64,000 nt of DNA from an uncultured Pelagibacteraceae bacterium. Lineage in GTDB: Bacteria; Pseudomonadota; Alphaproteobacteria; Pelagibacterales; Pelagibacteraceae. Position numbers and translations under genes: made by a program. The notes under the pieces are model-generated. The model saw only the letters and a program-made list of their open reading frames with translations. It made no database searches and had not been told where the DNA came from. Positions 54,326-64,000 of this stretch are shown here, one piece after another (the first letter of the stretch is position 1; the number at the start of each line of letters is the position of its first letter). The stretch is from contig CACJXB010000001.1 of assembly GCA_902597265.1 (NCBI GenBank), positions 1,069 through 65,068 on the forward strand. Direction: 5' to 3'.

Positions 54326-55039
54326 TCAACGTTTTTTACCTAAACTTGCAAATACACTAGATAAAATACGTGTTTCTTTATCTGAAAGTTCCATTCTGTA
54401 AAAAATGTTTCTTAAATTTTCAAGCATAATAGGTTTTTTTTCTTTGTGTTTAAAAAAATTAATTTCGTTAAGATTATTTAGACATAAATTAATCATAGAT
54501 TGAATTTCTTTTTTGGAAGCTTTCTTAACCTTATTAGATTTTTTAAAATAATTAGAATTAGAGTTTAAAATACTTGATATAAATTGTGCAATAATTATTA
54601 AACTGTGAGATAAATTTAAAGATTTAAAATTAACATTAGTTGGAATTTGTAAAGTATAGTTTGCATAGCTCACTTCTTTATTTGATAACCCTGATGCTTC
54701 TGAACCAAATAAAAATCCAATTTTTTTTCTAAAATCAATTTTTTTTAAACCATCAAGATTAATATGTTTCACATTTTTGTTTCTAAATCTTGCAGATGTA
54801 GCGATTAATATATCGATATCTCCTAGAGAACTTTCTAAATTATCAAATATTTTACTTTTCTTTATTATATCTTTTGCTCCAACGGATGTTGCTAAGATTT
54901 TATCATTGGGAAAAATAGGTTTTGGATCAATGAGATATAACTTTTGAAAATTAAAATTCTTTATTGCTCTTGCGCATGCACCAATATTCTCTGATAACTG
55001 AGGTTTATGTAAAATAAATGTAACTTTACTTTTTTTCAT
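54326..55039 (-). CDS. trmJ: TrmJ/LasT-family tRNA methyltransferase
   Basis: ENIGACARAIKNF, FGSEASGLSN, SLNLS. Confidence 0.85.
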   Translation of the reverse strand: MKKSKVTFILHKPQLSENIGACARAIKNFNFQKLYLIDPKPIFPNDKILATSVGAKDIIKKSKIFDNLESSLGDIDILIATSARFRNKNVKHINLDGLKKIDFRKKIGFLFGSEASGLSNKEVSYANYTLQIPTNVNFKSLNLSHSLIIIAQFISSILNSNSNYFKKSNKVKKASKKEIQSMINLCLNNLNEINFFKHKEKKPIMLENLRNIFYRMELSDKETRILSSVFASLGKKR

Positions 55040-55900
55040 TTATTTGATGCCATGATTTCTATTATAGTTAGACAATTTCGATGGGTTAATTCCTTTTAGA
55101 AATTTTTGATCAACATCCCAAATGGAAACCTTTAATGGATAACACTTTGCAACATCAGATGAATGTTCTGATCCACAGTCTCCACCTGGACACGCAGACA
55201 AAGCTCCCAATAGATCTGTTTCTGCAAAAAATTCTAAATAATCACCGGGTCGTACTGGACTTGACTTCATAAAATATTGCTTAGTATCATTTGTAAAACC
55301 AGTAAGCATGAATACATTTAGTACATCGTGTACAATTTTTTCTGCGTCATCTAATTTGACATTTTTTTCTTTAACTAAAGCTCTTGTCAAATTTGAATGA
55401 CAACAATAATGATAATCATTATTTGATGTTAGCTTATAAGTGTAAGGATCACATCTAGTACCTATGACATCGTGTACCGAACCTCCATCTTTGTCATAAC
55501 CATACCAATCTAATGTATCCCATGTAATTGTAGCTAATGATCTAAAATATGGGAAGCTGCTAAACATTTTATCTCCAACTGAGATATGTGTTCCGTAGAG
55601 AGCTCTTGTTTTTCCAGAATAAAACTTTTCATTTAAATTATCAGCTTGAAATAAATTTAAATCTCCAACTTGTGGCCCTTCTACGCTTTCTATTCTAAAA
55701 AAATTACCTGATTTTACATTAAAAGTTTTAGCATCTCTTGGTGGAACAATAACTTCATCGACTTGTTTGATATGTTTTCTCGCCTCATGTAATATTTCAA
55801 GATTATCATTTATGCTATCATTAGGGTAACAAACAACAGGATCTGCTCCTACCCTACTTTCAATATCACTAGGTTTAATAGAGAACTTCTTAATTTTCAT
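55040..55900 (-). CDS. DUF1989 (urea-carboxylase-associated family) protein
   Basis: GPQVGDLN, HDVIGTRC, CCHSNL, LNVFM, SACPGGD. Confidence 0.8.
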   Translation of the reverse strand: MKIKKFSIKPSDIESRVGADPVVCYPNDSINDNLEILHEARKHIKQVDEVIVPPRDAKTFNVKSGNFFRIESVEGPQVGDLNLFQADNLNEKFYSGKTRALYGTHISVGDKMFSSFPYFRSLATITWDTLDWYGYDKDGGSVHDVIGTRCDPYTYKLTSNNDYHYCCHSNLTRALVKEKNVKLDDAEKIVHDVLNVFMLTGFTNDTKQYFMKSSPVRPGDYLEFFAETDLLGALSACPGGDCGSEHSSDVAKCYPLKVSIWDVDQKFLKGINPSKLSNYNRNHGIK

Positions 55901-57502
55901 TTATTTACTTGCAGGAGCTTTATCCTTAAATAATTTGAAATCTAAACTATCGATAAGAGCCTTAAATGATGCATCAATTATGTTTGGAGATACGCCAATA
56001 GTAAACCAATTTTTTCCCTGGGAGTCTGTACTTTCAATCGATACTCTTGTAGTAGCCTCAGTTCCTGTATTTAAAATTCTTACCTTATAGTCAACTAGTT
56101 TTAAATCTTTCAAATATTCAGAATATTTTTCTAACTTAGAAACATTTTTTCTTATAGCGTTGTCCAAAGCATGAACGGGTCCATTACCCTCACCCTCACA
56201 GACTATTTGTTCACCATCAACTTCTAATTTTGCTTTTGCTTTAGAGACTATTTTATCTTGATCATTTTTTGAAACTGAAACATCGTATTCTTTAATTGAT
56301 ATATATCTTGGAATTTCTCCCATAACTCTTCTAGCTAGTAACTCAAAAGAAGCATCAGCTCCATCATAACTGTAACCAATGAACTCTCTATCTTTTACTT
56401 CTTCTAAAAGTTTTTTAATTTTTGGATCATTTTCTTCAATTTCTACTCCAATTGTTTTAAGTCTAGATAAAATATTTGATTTACCTGACTGATCAGACAC
56501 AACTATATTTCTATTATTACCAACATCTTCGGGATTTATATGTTCATAAGTTTTAGGATCTTTTTGAACAGCAGATACATGTAAACCACCTTTGTGAGAA
56601 AATGCTGCAGCACCTACATATGGTAAATGTTTATTTGGTTTTCTATTTAGTATCTCATCAAGTAGCCTTGAACATTGTGTAATTTGTTTAATATTTTTTT
56701 CTTTAATGTTTATTTCAAATTTATCTGATAACTCTTTCTTAAGATGAAATGTTGGAATAATTGACATTAAGTTAGCATTGCCACATCTTTCACCTAAGCC
56801 ATTGATAGTGCCTTGGATTTGTCTAGCTCCTGATAAAACAGCTGCAATTGAATTTGCAACGGCATTACCAGTATCATTGTGAGCATGAATACCTAAATTT
56901 TTACCAGGTATGTGTTCTGAAACTTCTTTTACAATTTTTGTAACTTCATGAGGAAGTGTTCCGCCATTTGTATCACATAAAACTATCCATTTAGCTCCAT
57001 TATCATAAGCAGCTTTAATACAAGCTAAAGCATAGTTAGGGTTTGCCTTGTAGCCATCAAAGAAATGTTCTGCATCAAACATAAACTCTTTGTTATTTTT
57101 TACAAAATGTTTTGTTGTTTCTTTAATGTTTTCTAAATTTTCTTTATTAGATATACCTAAAGCAACATCAACATGAAAATCCCATGACTTTCCAACTAAA
57201 CAAACAGATTTAGTGTTAGAATTTAAAATTGCTGACAAACCTGGATCATTTTCTGCACTTCGTCCTTTTTTTTTTGTCATTCCAAAGGCAGTGAAAGTAG
57301 AATTTTTTAAATCTAAATCTTTTTGAAAAAATTCAGTATCTGACGGATTAGCACCTGGCCAACCTCCTTCTATATAATCTACACCCAGAGCATCTAAAGC
57401 ATGTGCGATCTTTGCTTTTTCATCAATTGAAAAATGCACACCTTGAGTTTGTGCTCCATCTCTTAATGTTGTATCAAATATGTATAATCTTTCTTTACTC
57501 AT
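55901..57502 (-). CDS. cimA: Citramalate synthase (LeuA/CimA family)
   Basis: DTTLRDGAQ, EGGWPGANP, HAHND, GERCGN, HKGGLH. Confidence 0.9.
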   Translation of the reverse strand: MSKERLYIFDTTLRDGAQTQGVHFSIDEKAKIAHALDALGVDYIEGGWPGANPSDTEFFQKDLDLKNSTFTAFGMTKKKGRSAENDPGLSAILNSNTKSVCLVGKSWDFHVDVALGISNKENLENIKETTKHFVKNNKEFMFDAEHFFDGYKANPNYALACIKAAYDNGAKWIVLCDTNGGTLPHEVTKIVKEVSEHIPGKNLGIHAHNDTGNAVANSIAAVLSGARQIQGTINGLGERCGNANLMSIIPTFHLKKELSDKFEINIKEKNIKQITQCSRLLDEILNRKPNKHLPYVGAAAFSHKGGLHVSAVQKDPKTYEHINPEDVGNNRNIVVSDQSGKSNILSRLKTIGVEIEENDPKIKKLLEEVKDREFIGYSYDGADASFELLARRVMGEIPRYISIKEYDVSVSKNDQDKIVSKAKAKLEVDGEQIVCEGEGNGPVHALDNAIRKNVSKLEKYSEYLKDLKLVDYKVRILNTGTEATTRVSIESTDSQGKNWFTIGVSPNIIDASFKALIDSLDFKLFKDKAPASK

Positions 57503-58842
57503 TTAAATTTCCACAGTGTTTTATCATCTTTGTCCTCTATTAAAACACCTTTATCTAAAAGCTTATTTCTAATTTCATCTGCTTCTTTATAATTTTTGTT
57601 CTCTCTTGCCTTGTTTCTTAAATCAATCATGTTTTTTATTTCTTCCTCACTAATAGAGGCTTTATTCTTTTTAAAACTATCCCATTGTTTGCTGTCCTCA
57701 TTAAATAACCCAATAAATTTACAAGCAGATATAAAAATATCTAGATCCTCACCTTTACTAGCTTTGTCATAAAGTTGATGTAAATTTGCTATATAACCTG
57801 GAGTGTTAAGATCTTCATATAAAGGTTTCAAAATCACCTCCGGAATATTTGCATTCTTAATTTCAGGTGAATAAATGCGATACCATTTATCCAAGGTGTT
57901 TTGACAATCACTAATTAGTTTTTCGTTCCAATCTAAGGGCTGTTTATAATGTGCACTCATAAGTGCTAACCTAATAACCTGCCCACTCATTTTTTTTCTA
58001 AAATCTTTTATCTTTAAAATATTCCCCTGAGATTTTGCCATCTTTTCATTGGACATGGTTATAAAGGCATTATGAACCCAATAATTTGCAAAAGCTTTTG
58101 TATCGTTAGCACATCTTGATTGTGCTATTTCATTTTCATGATGTGGAAAAATTAAATCAATTCCACCTCCATGAATATCAAACTCCTCACCTAAAAATTT
58201 TTTTGACATTGCAGAACATTCCAAATGCCAACCAGGTCTACCTTTCCCCCAGGGTGAGTCCCATGAAGGTTCATTATCATTTGAAGGTTTCCACAATACA
58301 AAATCCTCTGAGTTTTTTTTATTTTCGCTAATTTCAACTCTCGAACCAGCAATCAATTCCTCTAAATTCTTATTTGATAATTTTCCATAATCAGAAAATT
58401 TTTTTACCTCAAAGTAAACATGACTTTCATTTTCATAAGCATAACCTTTTTTTATTAACTCATTTATCATTTCAATCATTAGACCAATATGTTCTGTGGC
58501 TTTGGGTTGATGTGTTGGGTTTTCACAATTTAAAAATTTACAATCTTCTAAAAAACTTTTAGTAACTTTTTCTGTTAATTCTTTAGTTGAAATTTTTTGC
58601 TCTTGTGATGATTTAATTATTTTATCATCTATATCAGTTATATTTCTTACATATGTAACTGACTCAAATTTTTTTTTGAGAAGCTTAAATAAGATATCAA
58701 ATATGATTAATGGTCTAGCATTACCAATATGAGGATCATCATAAACTGTTGGTCCACAGACATACATTCCAATATTACTTTTATTTTTTGGAATAAATTG
58801 TTCTTTTTTATTAGTTAAATTATTTGTTAAAAAAATATCCAT
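57499..58842 (-). CDS. cysS: Cysteine--tRNA ligase
   Basis: CGPTVY, HIGN, GRPGWHLECSAM, KMAKS. Confidence 0.97.
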   Translation of the reverse strand: MDIFLTNNLTNKKEQFIPKNKSNIGMYVCGPTVYDDPHIGNARPLIIFDILFKLLKKKFESVTYVRNITDIDDKIIKSSQEQKISTKELTEKVTKSFLEDCKFLNCENPTHQPKATEHIGLMIEMINELIKKGYAYENESHVYFEVKKFSDYGKLSNKNLEELIAGSRVEISENKKNSEDFVLWKPSNDNEPSWDSPWGKGRPGWHLECSAMSKKFLGEEFDIHGGGIDLIFPHHENEIAQSRCANDTKAFANYWVHNAFITMSNEKMAKSQGNILKIKDFRKKMSGQVIRLALMSAHYKQPLDWNEKLISDCQNTLDKWYRIYSPEIKNANIPEVILKPLYEDLNTPGYIANLHQLYDKASKGEDLDIFISACKFIGLFNEDSKQWDSFKKNKASISEEEIKNMIDLRNKARENKNYKEADEIRNKLLDKGVLIEDKDDKTLWKFK

Positions 58843-58893
58843 TTTAATTGATTAAGAAATATACCTTATTTAGTGATTTGTTAATCTAATTGA

Positions 58894-59631
58894 TTAACTA
58901 GGAATTTTGCATACAGGAATAGGCTCCATTTTATGCAAATTTTGTTTTCTAATTTTTTCGTATTCTATTTTGTGGGGTGAATTTGGATTGATCATTGCAT
59001 CTTCCAAGGCTTGATAGTCAAAACCTAATTGACCTTCGTCGGTTCTTCCATCATCCCATAAACCATCTGTAGGAGGTGCATCAATTATCTCTTGAAGAAT
59101 TCCTAATTCTTTACCAATTTCCCAAACTTCTGTTTTGTTACAATCAGCTATTGGAGAAATATCAACACCACCATCTCCGTATTTTGTGTAAAAACCAACT
59201 CCAAAATCTTCAACTTTATTACCTGTACCAACCACTATACCTTTATTAGCAGCTGCTACTTGATAAAGTGTTGTCATTCTTAATCTTGCTCTTGAATTTG
59301 CAAATCCGTGTTCATTATCAAATTTACTTAATGTGGATGAGAATGACTCAAATAACTTGTCTAAGCTTATTGTATGAGCTTGAACATTATTAAATTTTTT
59401 TACTAACCAATCCTGATGTTTTAAACTTAAATCATGCTGATGATTTATTTGTTTTATAGGCATACTCAAAACAATTGTTTTTAAACCAGTCATTGCACTT
59501 AGTGTACTAGATACAGATGAGTCAATTCCTCCAGAAATACCTATCACTAAAGACTCGGCTTTCGTTGGCATTTTATCAACATAGGATTTGATCCAATTTG
59601 ATATGTATTTTACTTTTTCTGAAGGACTCAT
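58894..59631 (-). CDS. nadE: NH3-dependent NAD+ synthetase
   Basis: SGGIDS, RARLRM, GFYTKYGDG. Confidence 0.95.
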   Translation of the reverse strand: MSPSEKVKYISNWIKSYVDKMPTKAESLVIGISGGIDSSVSSTLSAMTGLKTIVLSMPIKQINHQHDLSLKHQDWLVKKFNNVQAHTISLDKLFESFSSTLSKFDNEHGFANSRARLRMTTLYQVAAANKGIVVGTGNKVEDFGVGFYTKYGDGGVDISPIADCNKTEVWEIGKELGILQEIIDAPPTDGLWDDGRTDEGQLGFDYQALEDAMINPNSPHKIEYEKIRKQNLHKMEPIPVCKIPS

Positions 59632-59669
59632 AACTTATATTTAATCACCTTGTAATTTAAAACAATGGC

Positions 59670-61049
59670 TTAAGATGCCGCTTGAATAGCATTTTTAGAA
59701 TAGCTGCTATTCTTTTTTAACTCATCTGAAATTAAGAAAGCTAATTCTAAAGCTTGATCAGAATTTAGTCTTGGATCACAATGTGTATGATATCTACTTG
59801 ATAAGTCAGCATCAGATATTTTTCTTGCACCACCAGTGCACTCTGTCACATCTTGTCCAGTCATTTCAACATGTAATCCACCAGCATATGAACCTTCGGC
59901 CTGATGAACTGCGAAAACATTTTTTACTTCATTTACAACATCGTTGAAAGGTCTAGTTTTAAAACCAGTGGTTGATTTAATTGTATTTCCGTGCATTGGA
60001 TCGCAAGACCAAACTACATTTAATCCTGCCTTTTTAATTCCTCTAATTAATTTAGGTAAAAATTTTTCAACATTTTGATGACCAAATCTTGAAATTAAAG
60101 TTATTTTACCTTTTTCGTTTTGAGGATTTAAAGCCTCACAAATTTTTGCTATTTCATCTGGTTTTGATGTCGGTCCACATTTAATTCCAATAGGATTTTC
60201 TATTCCTCTACAGAATTCTACATGACCTCCATCTAGTTGTCTTGTTCTATCACCAATCCAAACAAAATGTGCAGACGTATCATGATACTCTCCAGTAGTA
60301 GAATCAACTCTAGTCATACATTCTTCGAAAGGTAAATGTAAAGCTTCATGGGAAGTCCAGAAATTTACAGTATATAATCTATTATTAAAATCTGAAGTAA
60401 TTCCACAAGCTTCCATAAAAGCTAAAGCATCAGCAATCTTATCCTCTAAATCTTTAAACTTTTTTGCTTGAGGACTTTTTTTTATGTAGTCTAAATTCCA
60501 TAAATGAACTTTATTTAAATCAGCAAACCCTCCTTTTGAAAAGGCTCTTAAAAGATTTAAAGTTGAAGCTGATTGTGAATAAGCCTTAAACATTCTTTTT
60601 GGATCAGGTCTTCTTGCTTTTTCTGTAAAATCTATTGCATTAATATTGTCACCTAAATAACTAGGTAATTCTTTATCACCTTGTTTTTCAGTAGGTGCAC
60701 TTCTAGGTTTTGAAAATTGACCTGCAATTCTTCCTAATTTTACAACAGGCAAAGATGCTGAGTAAGTCAAAATTAAAGACATCTGAAGAATAACTTTGAA
60801 CGTATCTCTAATGTTATCAGGATGAAACTCTGCAAAACTTTCAGCACAATCTCCTCCTTGTAAAAGAAAAGCTTTACCATCTACAACCTTAGCTAACTGA
60901 TCTTTCAAATGTCTAGTTTCACCTGCAAACACAAGAGGAGGAAATGTTTTTAATTTATTTAAAACAGTATTTAATTCTTTCTCATCCTCATACGTAGGTA
61001 TGTGTTTTACAGGATACTTTCTCCAGCTATTTACTTTCCAATTTTTCAT
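59670..61049 (-). CDS. Class II DAHP synthase
   Basis: LQGGDCAESF, GRIAGQFSKPRS, WIGDRTRQ, CDPMHGNT, CDPRL. Confidence 0.95.
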   Translation of the reverse strand: MKNWKVNSWRKYPVKHIPTYEDEKELNTVLNKLKTFPPLVFAGETRHLKDQLAKVVDGKAFLLQGGDCAESFAEFHPDNIRDTFKVILQMSLILTYSASLPVVKLGRIAGQFSKPRSAPTEKQGDKELPSYLGDNINAIDFTEKARRPDPKRMFKAYSQSASTLNLLRAFSKGGFADLNKVHLWNLDYIKKSPQAKKFKDLEDKIADALAFMEACGITSDFNNRLYTVNFWTSHEALHLPFEECMTRVDSTTGEYHDTSAHFVWIGDRTRQLDGGHVEFCRGIENPIGIKCGPTSKPDEIAKICEALNPQNEKGKITLISRFGHQNVEKFLPKLIRGIKKAGLNVVWSCDPMHGNTIKSTTGFKTRPFNDVVNEVKNVFAVHQAEGSYAGGLHVEMTGQDVTECTGGARKISDADLSSRYHTHCDPRLNSDQALELAFLISDELKKNSSYSKNAIQAAS

Positions 61050-61084
61050 ATTCAACTTAAGATTGTTGTATCAGAGTTTGATTA

Positions 61085-62905
61085 TTATTCAACGGTTACT
61101 GATTTAGCCAAATTTCTAGGTTTATCTATATCAAAGCCTTTTTTAAGTGCAGAGTAATAAGCCAATTTTTGTAATGGTATTGTCAAAAGAAAAGGTAACA
61201 AATCATCATTTGTACTCTCAACTTCTATTGTTTCCCAAATGTTTTCAGAAACAATTTCATCTTTACTTTTATTAGTAACTAAAAGAACTTTAGCTCCTCT
61301 CGCAATAACTTCTTGCATATTTGAAATTGTTTTTTTGTAGTAATTATCTCTAGGCGCTAAAACAACTACTGGCATACCTTCCTCTATTAAAGCCAAAGGT
61401 CCGTGTTTCATTTCTCCAGCGGGATAACCCTCTGCATGAATGTAGGACAATTCCTTTAGCTTTAAAGCACCTTCTAAAGCTATTGGAAAAGAAAATCCTC
61501 TACCCAAAAACATTGATCCTTTTGCTTCATTAAAAGTATTAGAAACTAATTGTATCTTGTTATCAGTTAACAGAGTTTTTTCGACTAACTTAGGTAATTC
61601 TTTAAGATCATTAAGTTTTTGACTAAACAGGCCTTTATTTAAATCACCTCTTAATAATCCAAGTTTTAATGCTAAAATATATAGTATTAAGATTTGACCT
61701 AAAAAAGCCTTGGTTGATGCAACACCAATTTCTGTCCCACAGTGAATAGGTAATACAAATTCAGAGTCTCTTGCAATAGAGCTCTCTATAACATTAACAA
61801 CAGCACAGGTTTTCATTCCATTTTTTTTACATAAATCTAAAGCTGCGTAAGTGTCTGCTGTTTCTCCAGATTGAGAGACAAATATATATAAAGTTTCTTT
61901 TTTAAATCTATTTTTTCTGTATCTAAATTCTGAAGCAATATCTACATTAACATCTAATGAAGTTAGTTCTTCAAACCAATATTTTGCCATCAAACACGAA
62001 TGGTATGCAGTCCCACATCCAATTAGGGTAATTGATGAAAATTCTTTATCTTTCCATGGAAAATTAAAAATATTAATGTTGTTATTTGAATGATCAACAT
62101 ACTCCTTAATTCCATTTTTTAAAGTAATAGGCTGTTCTTCAATTTCCTTTGCCATAAAATGTTTATAGTCACCTTTATCATATTTTTCTTCATCAGATGA
62201 CAATTCTAAAACTTTTTTATTTATCTTTATTCCATCTTCATTAAAAAATTCTACATGATCTTTTTTAACAATACAAAACTCTCCATCATTCAAATAAGTT
62301 ATTTTATTGGTCATTGATTTCAATGCATAAGAGTCAGATCCTAGATAATTTTCATTTGGACCATAACCAACCGCAAGAGGTGATCCTCTTCTAGCGCCGA
62401 CAATTAAATCTGGTTGATCTTTAAATATTATACCTAAAGCAAAACTGCCATGTAATGATTTTAAGGTTTTCATTATTGAGTTTACAATATTTTCAGTTTT
62501 AAGATTTTCAGTAATAAGATGAACAATAACTTCAGTATCAGTTTGTGACTTAAACTTATGTCCTTTACTTACTAAAAATTTTTTTAATAAAGTAGAGTTT
62601 TCAATTATTCCATTATGCACAACCGACACATTTTGAGAAGAATGTGGATGAGCGTTAATACTATTTGGTAAACCATGTGTTGCCCAACGTACATGACCAA
62701 TACCGATAGTCCCTTCCATGCTTTTCACTGAAGAATTTTTTTCAAGATTATCAACTCTTCCTTCAGATTTAACTTCATTGATTAATCCACTAGAAAGCGT
62801 TGCAATACCTGCTGAGTCATAACCTCTATACTCTAATTTTTTTAATGAATTAATGATCGTCGATGAAACTGGTTTGTTGCTATTTATTCCTATAATTCCA
62901 CACAT
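61085..62905 (-). CDS. glmS: Glutamine--fructose-6-phosphate transaminase
   Basis: MCGIIG, LEYRGYDSAG, SQSGETADT, PRNLAKSVTVE. Confidence 0.98.
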   Translation of the reverse strand: MCGIIGINSNKPVSSTIINSLKKLEYRGYDSAGIATLSSGLINEVKSEGRVDNLEKNSSVKSMEGTIGIGHVRWATHGLPNSINAHPHSSQNVSVVHNGIIENSTLLKKFLVSKGHKFKSQTDTEVIVHLITENLKTENIVNSIMKTLKSLHGSFALGIIFKDQPDLIVGARRGSPLAVGYGPNENYLGSDSYALKSMTNKITYLNDGEFCIVKKDHVEFFNEDGIKINKKVLELSSDEEKYDKGDYKHFMAKEIEEQPITLKNGIKEYVDHSNNNINIFNFPWKDKEFSSITLIGCGTAYHSCLMAKYWFEELTSLDVNVDIASEFRYRKNRFKKETLYIFVSQSGETADTYAALDLCKKNGMKTCAVVNVIESSIARDSEFVLPIHCGTEIGVASTKAFLGQILILYILALKLGLLRGDLNKGLFSQKLNDLKELPKLVEKTLLTDNKIQLVSNTFNEAKGSMFLGRGFSFPIALEGALKLKELSYIHAEGYPAGEMKHGPLALIEEGMPVVVLAPRDNYYKKTISNMQEVIARGAKVLLVTNKSKDEIVSENIWETIEVESTNDDLLPFLLTIPLQKLAYYSALKKGFDIDKPRNLAKSVTVE

Positions 62906-62907
62906 AT

Positions 62908-63531
62908 TTACTTTTTCTTTTTTTTATAATTTTTTACTTCTATCTGTAAGCTTCTAGTTAATGCTAAAGTTTTTCTTCTAACATTTTTAGTAATAACTGA
63001 GCCAGCACCAATCACACTATTTTCCTCTAAAGTTAAAGGAGCAACTAAAGACGTGTTAGATCCAATAAATACATTATCTTTAATCTTTGTTTTATTTTTT
63101 TTTACTCCATCATAATTACAAGTAATTGTGCCTGCACCTATATTAACTGATTTACCAATAGTGCTATCTCCAATATAAGTTAAATGACTTGCTTTAGAAT
63201 TCTTGCCTAATACACTTTTTTTTACTTCAACAAAATTTCCAACTTTAGATCCCTCTTTTAAAACTGAGCCTGGTCTAATTCTTGCGTATGGACCGACATC
63301 TACTTTATTTTCTATTTTACAATCCTCTAAATGAGAAAATGATTTTATGATTACATTATTTCCAATTTTTACTTTTGGACCAAAAACAACATAAGGCTCT
63401 ATAGTTACATTCTTACCAATTCTTGTATCTTTTGAGAAAAAAATTGTTTCTGATCCAATCATTTTTACACCCATCTTTAAAAATTTATTTCTTAAGTTAT
63501 TTTGAGAATTTTTTATTTTTAATCGTTTCAT
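62908..63531 (-). CDS. glmU: GlmU-type hexapeptide acetyltransferase domain only (no uridylyltransferase domain)
   Basis: [33 protein letters not shown]; only 207 aa. Confidence 0.8.
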   Translation of the reverse strand: MKRLKIKNSQNNLRNKFLKMGVKMIGSETIFFSKDTRIGKNVTIEPYVVFGPKVKIGNNVIIKSFSHLEDCKIENKVDVGPYARIRPGSVLKEGSKVGNFVEVKKSVLGKNSKASHLTYIGDSTIGKSVNIGAGTITCNYDGVKKNKTKIKDNVFIGSNTSLVAPLTLEENSVIGAGSVITKNVRRKTLALTRSLQIEVKNYKKKKK

Positions 63532-63602
63532 CTTTGAAATTCTTTATATTAAGTATATACCTTTCTTAATTCACAAAATATTTCTTAAAAATACTTTTGA
63601 TT

Positions 63603-64000
63603 ATGAATAAAAAATTTACAATTCTTTTTGATTTAGATGGAACTTTAGTCGATACGGCGCCAGACTTAATGAGGGCTCACAATCATGTAATGAAAAGATT
63701 TGGTTATCCAACAAAATCAACTGAGGAAATTAGAAATTTGGTTGGACAAGGGGCTGGTGCAATGCTTGGAAGATCTATTTGGGGGCAAGCTAAAAAGGAA
63801 TTTGGAAAAATTGAGGATGAAAAAATTAAAAAGGAGATGGTTACAGAATTTGTAGACTTCTATGGAAAAAATATTGTTAACGAAAGTAAGCTAATTAAAG
63901 GAGTAAAAGATTTTTTAGTTTGGGCGAAAAAAAAAGAAATTTTGATGGCAGTTTGTACAAATAAACAAGAACATCTATCTATAGATCTTTTAAAAAAAAT
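63603..64000 (+). CDS. gph: HAD phosphoglycolate phosphatase-like protein, partial (runs off window end)
   Basis: Manual translation MNKKFTILFDLDGTLVDTAPDL...VCTNK. Confidence 0.75.
   Translation, partial: MNKKFTILFDLDGTLVDTAPDLMRAHNHVMKRFGYPTKSTEEIRNLVGQGAGAMLGRSIWGQAKKEFGKIEDEKIKKEMVTEFVDFYGKNIVNESKLIKGVKDFLVWAKKKEILMAVCTNKQEHLSIDLLKK

Overview
AT-rich, streamlined alphaproteobacterial chromosome; gene content and compaction point to SAR11/Pelagibacterales. Positions 1-30.6 kb hold the core translation/transcription supercluster (mgtE', lipB, rluC-like, alpha-spc-S10 operons, fusA, rpoBC, L11/L10 operons, tuf, tRNAs). Positions 44.5-64 kb are housekeeping (sfsA, map, purBCSQL, bolA, grxD, rpsD, trmJ, cimA, cysS, nadE, DAHP synthase, glmS, glmU-like, gph'). 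Between them (31.5-44.5 kb) is an accessory region. Its most striking feature is a set of small, integrase-free gene cassettes anchored on tRNA-Thr(TGT) and tRNA-Leu(TAA). Each cassette is bounded by a tRNA fragment (a 3' fragment for Thr; the 5' half plus its promoter for Leu) and by cassette-specific tandem 11-bp-period motifs at both ends, and each carries only predicted exported hydrolases. A glucosylglycerate-type operon follows. The rlmB-like gene contains a 138-bp inverted exact copy of part of tuf, probably a template-switch chimera.
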